From: Candidatus Omnitrophota bacterium
Lineage (GTDB): Bacteria > Omnitrophota > Gorgyraeia > Zapsychrales > Zapsychraceae
NCBI GenBank assembly: GCA_020632515.1
Contig: JACKFK010000005.1
Coordinates: 29,327-93,326, forward strand
DNA: 64,000 nt
Direction: 5' to 3'
Below the pieces are notes generated by a model that made no database searches, had not been told where the DNA came from, and saw nothing but the letters and a program-made list of their open reading frames with translations. Shown here piece by piece: positions 47,507 to 57,200 of this stretch. The position numbers were made by a program, and so were the translations under genes. The first letter of the stretch is position 1; every line of letters begins with the position of its first letter.

Positions 47507-47551
47507 ATTGGCAATAAGATAATTTTCATATTGAAGGAGAAGGAGAGAAAA

Positions 47552-48880
47552 ATGATCAAACGGTTATGGAGAAAAGGAATCATGAAGGTGACAATGGGCT
47601 TGGGAGGAATGCTGTTTTTATCTGGATCAGCGTTCGCTCAAGAAGGTGTTAGTCAAGAGATGTTCACGGTTAATAACACTTGGATGTTGGTGGCTACTTT
47701 TTTGGTATTTGTGATGCATTTAGGTTTTGCAACATTAGAATCCGGTTTAACCAGAGCTAAGAATACAGTAAATATTCTTTTTAAAAATGTGGCAATCCTT
47801 TCAATTGGGTTGTTGACTTACGCAGTCGTAGGATTCAATCTAATGTATCCCAGTGAATGGGCTGCTGGATTATGGCTTCCGAAATTAGCTTTTGGTATTG
47901 GACTACCAGCCGATTATATTTCCGGACAATATGCAGATGGAGGGTATACTTACTGGACTGATTTTATTTTTCAGGCTATGTTTGCGGCAACTTGTGCGAC
48001 AATTGTTTCCGGAGCGGTTGCCGAACGGATTAAGCTGCACAGTTTTTTACTTTTCTCGACAATTTATGTAGCCTTTGTTTATCCATTTTTAGGAAGCTGG
48101 AAATGGGGCGGCGGTTGGTTAGATAACATGGGTTTTTATGATTTTGCTGGGTCTACATTAGTTCATTCTGTTGGAGGTTGGGCAGCATTGGCTTGTGTTT
48201 TAATCTTGGGGCCACGTTATGGAAAATATAATGGTTCTGCCAAGGCTATTCCTGGACACAGCATGCCTTTAGCCACTATTGGAGTTTTTCTTTTATGGTT
48301 AGGGTGGTTTGGTTTTAATGGCGGGTCTGTTCTTTCCGCTGATCCAGAATTAGTTTCTTTTGTCTTTGTTACAACTACATTAGCTGCAGCTGCGGGTGTT
48401 ATAGGAGCGATGTTTACTTCAGAATTACTTTTGAAAAAACCGGATTTGTCGATGGTGTTAAACGGGTCTTTGGCTGGTTTGGTTGGGATAACAGCAGGAG
48501 CAGATACTGTTAGTGTACTTTCCTCGATTATAATAGGATTAATCGCAGGGGCTTTGGTTGTGGTCTCGGTAATATTTATCGATTCGAAATTAAAAATAGA
48601 TGATCCTGTTGGGGCCTTATCTGTTCATTTGGTTTGCGGTATTTGGGGAACCCTTGCGGTAGGGATCTTCAGTACAAATCCTGAGCATAGCTTTATGACG
48701 CAATTAATAGGTGTTTTAGCCTATGGAAGCGTTTCTTTTATTGCCGCCTATGGTATCTTTTCAGTTATAAAATCTTTTATGGGCGTACGTGTAACGGAAA
48801 GAGAAGAGATAAGAGGTTTGGATATCGACGAACATGGTATGGAGGCTTATGCAGGATTCCAAATATTTACAACGGAATAG
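47552..48880 (+). CDS. amtB: Ammonium transporter AmtB
   Basis: Signal peptide (..SGSAFAQEG) and Amt family motifs (DFAGSTLVHSVGGWAAL; GWFGFNGG). SD GGAGAAGGAGAG lies before ATG 47552; the ORF is open from TTG 47531. Confidence 0.94.
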   Translation: MIKRLWRKGIMKVTMGLGGMLFLSGSAFAQEGVSQEMFTVNNTWMLVATFLVFVMHLGFATLESGLTRAKNTVNILFKNVAILSIGLLTYAVVGFNLMYPSEWAAGLWLPKLAFGIGLPADYISGQYADGGYTYWTDFIFQAMFAATCATIVSGAVAERIKLHSFLLFSTIYVAFVYPFLGSWKWGGGWLDNMGFYDFAGSTLVHSVGGWAALACVLILGPRYGKYNGSAKAIPGHSMPLATIGVFLLWLGWFGFNGGSVLSADPELVSFVFVTTTLAAAAGVIGAMFTSELLLKKPDLSMVLNGSLAGLVGITAGADTVSVLSSIIIGLIAGALVVVSVIFIDSKLKIDDPVGALSVHLVCGIWGTLAVGIFSTNPEHSFMTQLIGVLAYGSVSFIAAYGIFSVIKSFMGVRVTEREEIRGLDIDEHGMEAYAGFQIFTTE

Positions 48881-48922
48881 AAATTTTTAAAGTAATTTTA
48901 AATTAAATTTAGGAGGATATAC

Positions 48923-49264
48923 ATGAAATTAATAATAGCTATGATAAAGCCGCATCAATTGCCAGCGACAAAAAAAGCGCTTTTTGATGCAGGAATTACT
49001 AAAATGACTGTTACAAACGTATTGGGTTGTGGACAGCAAGGAGGTTATAGTGAAACCTATCGCGGGGTAAAGCAAGAAATCAATTTGTTAAAAAAGATTC
49101 GAATTGAAATCGCGGTCAATGACGCTTTTGAAGAACCTACGATCAAAGCAATTGTAAAGGGAGCAAAGACAGGGCGAATTGGTGATGGGAAAATATTTGT
49201 GCTTGATTTGCCGAGATGTATTCGTATCCGCACAGAGGAGGAAGGATCAGAAGCTATTGGGTAG
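48923..49264 (+). CDS. glnK: Nitrogen regulatory protein P-II (GlnK/GlnB)
   Basis: 113 aa. [13 protein letters not shown]..., a T-loop with YRG, and the C-terminal GDGKIFV..L...IRIRT.E.G. Directly downstream of amtB. Confidence 0.93.
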   Translation: MKLIIAMIKPHQLPATKKALFDAGITKMTVTNVLGCGQQGGYSETYRGVKQEINLLKKIRIEIAVNDAFEEPTIKAIVKGAKTGRIGDGKIFVLDLPRCIRIRTEEEGSEAIG

Positions 49265-49342
49265 GCTTTGAAGAAGGGTATAACAAGGTTATTAAATGTG
49301 TAACTTATGACAGTGTAATGACTTTGGGGTTAAGAAAAAAAC

Positions 49343-49371
49343 TTGACAAAAACAAATCTAAATTGTATATT
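49343..49371 (+). promoter_or_regulatory. Sigma70-type promoter for the type III GS leader
   Basis: TTGACA (49343-49348), 17-nt spacer, TATATT (49366-49371). Confidence 0.55.
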
Positions 49372-49455
49372 TATGAATCTTCTTTAATATATTTATTTTA
49401 AAGAAGGGCTGAATTAAAAAATAAGAAAGCACTATAATGTGTGACTCAAAATATT

Positions 49456-49471
49456 AGGGCAACGAAGTCCT
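49456..49471 (+). promoter_or_regulatory. Hexaloop hairpin (ANTAR-target type) in the glnN leader
   Basis: AGGGC-AACGAA-GTCCT. The loop has A at position 1 and G at position 4. The 3' arm is the start of the terminator 5' arm. Confidence 0.65.
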
Positions 49472-49511
49472 TCTTAAAAGTTAGACAATTTTTAAGAAGG
49501 ACTTTTCTTTT
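49466..49511 (+). terminator. glnN leader terminator
   Basis: 14-bp stem AGTCCTTCTTAAAA / TTTTAAGAAGGACT, 10-nt loop, followed by TTTCTTTTC. Lies 47 nt upstream of the glnN ATG. Confidence 0.8.
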
Positions 49512-49557
49512 CATATCTTTGTGAAGAAATATTATCAAATTTAATAGGAGGGGAAAG

Positions 49558-51705
49558 ATGGCTTCAAGATCTAGATTAAAAGAAATAGTTAATAAAGGAG
49601 AGTTAGACATGGCGGAATTAACACAGATCAGGACCGTTCCAGAATATTTTGGCGAGAATGTTTTTAATTTAAAAACTATGCGCAATTATCTTTCTGCGAA
49701 GGCCTATAAATCATTAAGTGAAACTATTAAGAATAACGGAAAATTAGATCCTACCATTGCTGATGAGGTTGCGGATGCGATGAAAACCTGGGCTGTTTCA
49801 AAAGGGGCGACACATTATACTCATTGGTTTCAGCCGTTAACAGGAACAACGGCAGAAAAACACGATTCCTTTATTCAGCCCGACGGAGAAGGTGGTGTTT
49901 TATTGACATTTTCCGGTGAAGAATTAATCCAAGGAGAACCAGATGCGTCGAGTTTTCCGTCAGGGGGGTTGCGGCCAACTTTTGAAGCTCGAGGGTATAC
50001 TGGATGGGATCCAACAAGTCCTGCTTTTATTAAAGAAGGACCTCAAGGAGCTACTTTGTGTATTCCTACTTATTTCGTCGGATGGAAAGGAGAAGCGTTA
50101 GATAAGAAAACTCCTTTGCTTCGTTCGATGAAAGCTTTATCTAAGCAAGTTGGACGTTTAGCTGATTTGTTAGGCATTAAAGCAAAGCAAAACGCCTATG
50201 CAACATTAGGTGGGGAGCAGGAATATTTTCTAATTGATAGAGATTTTTATTATCAGCGGATTGATCTTGTTCAAACAGGAAGAACTTTATTTGGAAAAGA
50301 ACCAGCAAAACATCAACAAATGGCAGACCATTATTTTGGCGCCATTAAATCACGTGTTATCGCTTTTATGGAAGATTTGGATCGTGAAATGTGGAAATTA
50401 GGGGCTCCGATCAAAACACGACACAATGAAGTTTCTCCAGGGCAGTTTGAAATAGCTCCAATATTTGAAAATCAAAATTTAGGAGTCGATCATAATATGT
50501 TGTGCATGGAAGTTATGCAAAAAGTCGCGGAAAAACATGGTCTGGCCTGTTTACTTCATGAGAAACCGTTTAAAGGTGTCAATGGATCGGGAAAACATAA
50601 TAATTGGTCTGTGACGGGGCCTGATGGAAAAAATTGGTTATCCCCAGGTGAAAATCCTCATGAAAATGAACGTTTTTTGGTTATGGTTGCCGCAATTATT
50701 AAAGCTGTTGATAATTATTCTGATTTGTTAAGAGCAGGTATTGCCTCGGCAGGAAATGATCATCGATTAGGTTCTCATGAAGCTCCACCAGCAATTGTTT
50801 CAATATATTTAGGAGAACAATTAACTGATATTTTTGAACAAATAGAAAAAGGTTCGGCAACAAAAAGTTCGAAACAAGGCGGGACGCTTGAAGTTGGTGT
50901 TGATTCATTACCTCCTTTGCCTCGTCATGCTTCAGATCGAAATAGAACTTCGCCATTTGCTTTTACTGGGTCAAAGTTTGAATTTCGAGCTGTTGGATCA
51001 GCTCATAGTTTAGCAGGTCCAAATATCATTATTAATACGATAGTAGCAGATGCTATTTCAGACATTTGTGAAGAATTAGAGGATGCTAAAAAAGGAAAAA
51101 AAGATATTAATAAAACTGCGCAAAAAATTGTACAGGAAATTATTAAAAAACATAAAAGGATCATATTTAACGGTGATAATTATACCGAAGATTGGGTTAA
51201 AGAAGCAAAGAAGCGTGGATTACCAAATATGAAAACCACGCCGGAAGCCTTAGAGGTAATGAAGGATAAGAGAATTGCCGAGCTTTTTGAAAGGCATAAA
51301 GTTCTTTCGAAGAAAGAATTAGATTCTCGATATGGTGTTTATACGGAAACATATGAAACCATTGTTAGATATGAGGGGGCATTAGCCGCCGATATGGTAA
51401 AGACATTAATTGTTCCAGCAGCATTGGAATACACTGCCAATTTAGCGGAAACAATTAAATCAATAGAAAGTATTAATAAAACAAAAGCAACAGCTGTCAG
51501 AAATATTCTTAAAGATGTTGCTAGTAATATGGAAAAAGCAGCTGATGAAACAACTAAGTTAGAAACAGCATTGAAGGGGGCTTCGACGGATAAAATTCGA
51601 AAAATAATGGCTGATTTACGTGAGGCTGTTGACGCTCTTGAGGGTTTGGTTCCAGCAGAAATTTGGCCATTACCTTCATATGCAGAAATGCTGTTTATTT
51701 CATAA
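49558..51705 (+). CDS. glnN: Glutamine synthetase type III
   Basis: 715 aa, the GSIII size class. N-terminal FGENVFN..MR..L; catalytic region [39 protein letters not shown]. Confidence 0.92.
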   Translation: MASRSRLKEIVNKGELDMAELTQIRTVPEYFGENVFNLKTMRNYLSAKAYKSLSETIKNNGKLDPTIADEVADAMKTWAVSKGATHYTHWFQPLTGTTAEKHDSFIQPDGEGGVLLTFSGEELIQGEPDASSFPSGGLRPTFEARGYTGWDPTSPAFIKEGPQGATLCIPTYFVGWKGEALDKKTPLLRSMKALSKQVGRLADLLGIKAKQNAYATLGGEQEYFLIDRDFYYQRIDLVQTGRTLFGKEPAKHQQMADHYFGAIKSRVIAFMEDLDREMWKLGAPIKTRHNEVSPGQFEIAPIFENQNLGVDHNMLCMEVMQKVAEKHGLACLLHEKPFKGVNGSGKHNNWSVTGPDGKNWLSPGENPHENERFLVMVAAIIKAVDNYSDLLRAGIASAGNDHRLGSHEAPPAIVSIYLGEQLTDIFEQIEKGSATKSSKQGGTLEVGVDSLPPLPRHASDRNRTSPFAFTGSKFEFRAVGSAHSLAGPNIIINTIVADAISDICEELEDAKKGKKDINKTAQKIVQEIIKKHKRIIFNGDNYTEDWVKEAKKRGLPNMKTTPEALEVMKDKRIAELFERHKVLSKKELDSRYGVYTETYETIVRYEGALAADMVKTLIVPAALEYTANLAETIKSIESINKTKATAVRNILKDVASNMEKAADETTKLETALKGASTDKIRKIMADLREAVDALEGLVPAEIWPLPSYAEMLFIS

Positions 51706-51751
51706 GCATTGAATTGTTTTAAAAAAATAATATTAGAATGCGCAGTTTGGG

Positions 51752-51786
51752 GGGGTAGGTTTATAACCTGCCCCTTACGTTTTTTA
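51752..51786 (+). terminator. Intrinsic terminator candidate after glnN
   Basis: GGGGTAGGTT - TAT - AACCTGCCCC (one G-U), then TTACGTTTTTT. It ends 5 nt before the next ATG. Confidence 0.55.
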
Positions 51787-51791
51787 GCTTT

Positions 51792-52496
51792 ATGATTCTT
51801 TTAATTAAACATATTGATGTTGAAGGTCCTGGTACGATAGGATTTTATTTAAAGAAAAATAACATAAAATTTAAAGTAGTTGATATGAGCTTAGAAGATT
51901 CTCTGCCACGAGATGTCGAAAGTTATGAAGCTGTGATAAGTCTAGGTGGGCCGATGAATGTTTATGAAGAGGATAAATATCCTTTTTTAATACAAGAAGA
52001 TTTGTTTATTAAAGAAATTTTAAAAAGAGAAATTCCGTTTTTAGGGATTTGTTTGGGATCTCAACTTTTGGCGAAAGCTGCTGGAGCGGAAGTTGTTAAA
52101 TCTCCATCAAAGGAAATAGGTTTTTATGATATCAAGGTTGTTCATGGAGGGGGAAAAGATTGTTTGTTTAATGGATTACCTGATAAGATAAACGTTTTTC
52201 ACTGGCACGAAGATATGTTCATTATTCCGAAAAATGGTGTGCTGTTGGCGGAATCTAAAGGATGCCCTAATCAAGCATTTAAAATAGGAAAAAATGCATA
52301 TGGTCTGCAGTTTCATGTTGAGATTACAGATGGGAGTATTTGTGAATGGACTGACAAATATATCGAAAATCCTACAATGAAAGCAGAAATGAAAGCATCT
52401 TTACTAAAAGAATACCAGCGTCGGAAAAAAATGTTTACTCAGATTTCAGAAAATTTTTGTCATAACTTTTTTGAAAAGGTTTGTCAATGCGGATAG
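51792..52496 (+). CDS. Class I glutamine amidotransferase domain protein
   Basis: 234 aa. Nucleophile elbow GICLGSQLL and the GLQFHVE His/Glu motif. Confidence 0.82.
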   Translation: MILLIKHIDVEGPGTIGFYLKKNNIKFKVVDMSLEDSLPRDVESYEAVISLGGPMNVYEEDKYPFLIQEDLFIKEILKREIPFLGICLGSQLLAKAAGAEVVKSPSKEIGFYDIKVVHGGGKDCLFNGLPDKINVFHWHEDMFIIPKNGVLLAESKGCPNQAFKIGKNAYGLQFHVEITDGSICEWTDKYIENPTMKAEMKASLLKEYQRRKKMFTQISENFCHNFFEKVCQCG

Positions 52497-54118
52497 CGAT
52501 AGCTCAAATCAATCCTGTCGTAGGAGATTTAAAAGGAAACGCACAAAAAATTGCGGATTTTATTAGTAAAGCAAAGAAGTTTGATTCAGATGTTGTTGTT
52601 TTTCCTGAATTGTGTCTGTGCGGATATCCGCCGGAAGATTTGTTGTTAAAAGAACATTTTGTGAAAGATAATATTAAAGTCTTAAAAAGTTTAGCAAAAA
52701 AAGTTGTAGGACTTACGGCAATTATTGGATTTGTTGATTATGATAAAAGAAAAAGATTGTTTAACGCAGCCGCAGTTATCGAAAATAAAAAAATTAAGGG
52801 CGTATATCATAAACATCAATTGCCTAATTATGGAGTTTTTGATGAAAAGAGATATTTTTGTGAGGGAAAAAATGGAAAGTGTTTTTCTATAAACGGAAAT
52901 ATCGTTGGTATTAATATTTGTGAAGATATTTGGATAGATAAGGGGATTTTTCAAGAGCAAGTTAAGAAAGGCGCAAAAATTCTTTTTAATATTTCTTCGT
53001 CTCCGTATAACGTGGGGAAATTACTTTCCAGAGAAAGTCTTATTACAAAACGTGCGCAACAAACAAAAAGAATGATTGTTTATGTAAATATGGTCGGAGG
53101 ACAGGATGAACTAGTATTTGATGGAGGGAGTCTTGTTGTTGATAAAGATGGAAAAATATTTGCCAGAGGAAAAGAATTTGAAGAAGATTTGTTAGTGGTA
53201 GATATTCCTTTAGAAAGTAAAGAAAAACAAAAAAAATGTTCCTTACCTTTACGTATAAATAAGCGAGGGCAGAGGCTTGAGAGAATTTATAAAGCATTAG
53301 TTTTAGGCGTTCGGGATTATATTCAAAAAAATGGATTTAAAAAAGTTGTCATTGGATTAAGCGGGGGGATTGATTCTGCAGTTGTTGCGGCAGTTGCTGT
53401 TGCCTCTTTGGGGAAAGAAAATGTTGTGGGGGTATCTATGCCGACTAGGTTTAGTTCCCAGGGCACAAAAACAGATGCGAAGAAAATAGCGGAAAATATG
53501 GGAATAGAATTTAAGGAAATTCATATCGAAGGAATTTTTAAGACATATACAGACGTATTGGCCGGGGAATTCGAGGGGTTAGCATCAAATATCGCGGAAG
53601 AAAACATTCAAGCCCGCATTCGAGGAAATATATTGATGGCTTTATCAAATAAATTTGGTTGGTTAGTTTTAACAACAGGAAATAAAAGTGAATACGCTGT
53701 TGGGTACTGTACTTTGTATGGAGATATGTCTGGGGGATTTGCTGTGATTAAAGATGTTCCTAAAACACGTGTATATGAATTGGCAGAATATATTAATAGC
53801 CGACAAGAAAGCGAAGCAATTCCTAAAAGTGTTATTGAACGTCCGCCAACCGCAGAATTACGAGAAAATCAAAAAGATCAGGATTCTTTGCCTTCATATG
53901 ATCTTTTGGATCAGATTCTTACCCAATATGTTGAAGAACATAAATCTTTAAAAGTTATGGGTAAAAAATTTTCAAAGGATGTTGTTATGGATATTATTAA
54001 AAAGGTTGATTTAAATGAATATAAACGCCGTCAAGCCCCTCCGGGAATAAAAATAACGCCAAGGGCCTTTGGAAAAGATTGGCGTTTGCCAATTACAAAT
54101 AAATATAAAGAATTTTGA
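52487..54118 (+). CDS. nadE: Glutamine-dependent NAD+ synthetase
   Basis: N-terminal CN-hydrolase domain (MRIAIAQINP.., FPEL, ICED) plus a C-terminal PP-loop synthetase domain (GLSGGIDSAV). Overlaps the GATase stop by 10 nt; the ORF is open from TTG 52481. Confidence 0.92.
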   Translation: MRIAIAQINPVVGDLKGNAQKIADFISKAKKFDSDVVVFPELCLCGYPPEDLLLKEHFVKDNIKVLKSLAKKVVGLTAIIGFVDYDKRKRLFNAAAVIENKKIKGVYHKHQLPNYGVFDEKRYFCEGKNGKCFSINGNIVGINICEDIWIDKGIFQEQVKKGAKILFNISSSPYNVGKLLSRESLITKRAQQTKRMIVYVNMVGGQDELVFDGGSLVVDKDGKIFARGKEFEEDLLVVDIPLESKEKQKKCSLPLRINKRGQRLERIYKALVLGVRDYIQKNGFKKVVIGLSGGIDSAVVAAVAVASLGKENVVGVSMPTRFSSQGTKTDAKKIAENMGIEFKEIHIEGIFKTYTDVLAGEFEGLASNIAEENIQARIRGNILMALSNKFGWLVLTTGNKSEYAVGYCTLYGDMSGGFAVIKDVPKTRVYELAEYINSRQESEAIPKSVIERPPTAELRENQKDQDSLPSYDLLDQILTQYVEEHKSLKVMGKKFSKDVVMDIIKKVDLNEYKRRQAPPGIKITPRAFGKDWRLPITNKYKEF

Positions 54119-54273
54119 TAAAGCTGTAACTATTAGAGATTTATCGGGTTTGAGGTTAAAAAGGCATTTAGTGGTTGCATTATCAAGAAAAATGTGTAAA
54201 ATGGATAAAATTGAATCGTAGCCTATAATTGCTAAAATTTTGTGTAACCTATTAAAATAATATTAAAATAACT

Positions 54274-57200
54274 ATGATAAACAACGGATTTTTCTTACCC
54301 AAAAAGCAAGCCTTATATGATCCTTCATTTGAACATGAAAGTTGTGGAGTTGGTTTTGTTGTTAATATAAAAGGGAAAAAATCACACGAAATTGTCCGCA
54401 ATGGTGTTCAAATCCTTGAAAATTTGACCCATCGCGGGGCTTGTGGTTGTGACCCTGAAACCGGAGATGGCGCAGGAATACTTCTACAAATTCCAGATGC
54501 TTTTTTTAGAAAAGAGTGTAGTAAGCTGAATATTGAACTGCCAGCAGAAGGAGACTATGGGGCGGGGATTGTTTTCTTGCCGCAAAATTTAGAGGAGCGA
54601 AATAAAATTGAGCAATGGTTTGAGCATATCATCCATGAAGAGGAACAAATCTTTTTGGGATGGCGGAGCGTTCCTCACGACAGCACAAAAATAGGAAAAG
54701 TTGCAAGATCCGTAGAGCCTGAATTTAAGCAAGTTTTTGTTGGCCGGGGAAAAGATACCTCTCCTGAAGATTTTGAACGAAAATTATATGTTATTCGTAA
54801 GCGATTGTTTAATACAGTTCAAGAGTCGATATTAAATCAAAAAAGTTTTTATTATTTCTGTAGTCTTTCCAGTAAAACAATTGTCTATAAAGGACAATTG
54901 ATGGCGGAGCAGTTGGATAAATTTTTCTTGGATTTAAATGATCCGGATATGGTTTCTGCTTTGGCCATGGTTCATTCACGCTATAGTACAAACACATTTC
55001 CTACCTGGGCTTTAGCCCATCCTTACCGTATGATCGCGCATAATGGAGAAATTAACACGTTACGTGGAAATAAGAATTGGATGTATGCTCGGGAAAAGCA
55101 ATTTATTTCTGATGTATTCGGCGAAAAAGATTTGAAAAAAACATTATCTGTTATTGTTCCTCATGGAAGTGATTCTGCAACGTTTGATAATGTTTTTGAG
55201 ATGTTGGTATTAGCTGGGAGGTCATTGCCTCATGTGGCAATGATGATGATCCCCGAGGCTTGGAATGGCCACGAAAATATGGATAAAAACAAAAAAAGTT
55301 TTTATGAATATCATTCATGTTTAATGGAACCATGGGATGGCCCGGCATCAATAGGTTTTACTGACGGACGATATATCGGCGCAGTTTTAGATCGGAATGG
55401 TTTGCGACCGTCACGTTATTGGTTGACTACGGATGATAAGATTATCATGGCTTCTGAAACAGGGGTGTTAGATATTCCTGAGGAAAATATTTTAAAAAAA
55501 GGACGATTACAACCAGGAAAAATGTTTTTGGTAGACACTAAAGAAGGTCGCATAATCGACGACGAGGAATTAAAGAAAGAAATAGCGACACAAAATCCGT
55601 ATGAACAATGGTTAAAAGAAAATATTCTTGATCTGGAAGATTTGCCGTTGCCTAAGAAGGTTCAAGGATTAAATGAAAAAACTTTAATTGAGCGGCAAAA
55701 GGCCTTTGGATACACTTTAGAAGATTTGAAAATTATTTTACAGCCTATGGCTATGACAGGGATTGAAGCCACAGGTTCAATGGGGGCAGACACGCCGCTA
55801 TCTGTTTTATCTACGCGACCAACGCTTCTTTTTACTTACTTTAAACAACTGTTTGCGCAGGTTACTAACCCTCCGATTGACCCTATTCGAGAAGAAATTG
55901 TTATGGCCGAAGATGTTATGTTAGGGGCTGAAGGGAATTTGTTAGAGGAATCCCCATATCATTGCCGTCGGATACGATTGAAAAAACCTATATTAACAAA
56001 TGAAGAATTAGAAAAAATTAGAGCTGTTAAACAGGCGGGGCTTAAATCAAAAACATTCTCTATGGTTTTTAATGCTAGTGATGGCAAGGCAGGTTTAGAA
56101 AAATCTTTAGAAGAATTATTTAATCAAGTCGATGAAGCTATTCAAAAAGGTTTAAATATAATTGTTTTGTCTGATCGAGCTGTCAATAAAGAAAATGTTC
56201 CGATGCCGTCATTGCTTGCTTGTTCGGGGCTGCACCATCATTTGATTCGTCAAGGAACACGGACGAAGGTTAGTATTGTTTTAGAAACCGGAGAAGCTCG
56301 GGAGATGCATCATTTTGCTGTCTTGATCGGTTATGGAGCAAATGCGATTAATCCTTATTTGGCTTTTGAAACTATTGAAAGTGAAATCAAAAATAAAATT
56401 TATCCAAGCGACATTACTTTTTATGAAGCTCAAAAAAATTATATTAAATCAACTCGCAAAGGATTGTTTAAAATCATTTCAAAAATGGGAATTTCAACGA
56501 TTCAATCTTATTGTGGGGCCCAAATTTTTGAAGCCGTGGGATTAGAGCTTGCTTTTATTAAAAAGTATTTTACTGCCACCCCTTCTCGAATAGGAGGGAT
56601 TGGTATTGAAACAGTGGCTGAAGAAATGATACGACGACATAAAGCAGCATATCCTCAAGAAAATACGTATGACAATATGCTTGATATCGGGGGAGATTAT
56701 CATTGGAGACAAGAAGGGGAGCATCATCAACTGAATCCAAAGACGATTGCGTTGCTACAGCACTCTGTTAGATCAGGAGATTATAGGATATTTAAGCAAT
56801 ACGCGAAACTTGTCAACGAACAACAAACTAATTTGGCGAATATCCGTGGGTTATTAAAATTTAAAAAGGGAAAATCTATCCCTATTGAAGAGGTCGAACC
56901 TGTTTCGGAAATTGTTAAACGATTCGCGACCGGGGCCATGAGTTATGGTTCCATTTCAAAAGAAGCCCATGAAACATTGGCGATTGCGATGAATCGATTA
57001 GGAGGTTTTTCAAATACAGGGGAAGGCGGGGAAGATCCAGATCGTTTTAAAAAAGATGCTAACGGAGATTGGCGTCGGAGTCGTATTAAGCAGGTAGCCC
57101 AAGGACGTTTTGGTGTTACCATAGAATATTTAGTTAATTCTGATCAGATGCAGATTAAAATGGCGCAAGGGGCAAAGCCGGGAGAAGGTGGTCAATTACC

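Noticed and set aside
47236-49557. I considered a glutamine riboswitch (glnA RNA motif), a T-box, or an NtcA/GlnR-type DNA operator in the two nitrogen leaders.
   Set aside because: I could not find the conserved glnA-motif core, a specifier/T-box sequence, or a GTA-N8-TAC type palindrome. The repeated hexaloop-plus-terminator units fit ANTAR targets better. This was not verified with covariance models.
49216-49685. ORF-track entries 49216-49401 (+) and 49446-49685 (-) in and around the glnN leader.
   Set aside because: They overlap the glnK end, the promoter, the terminator and the glnN start. They have no SD and no recognisable protein features, and RNA elements explain the region.
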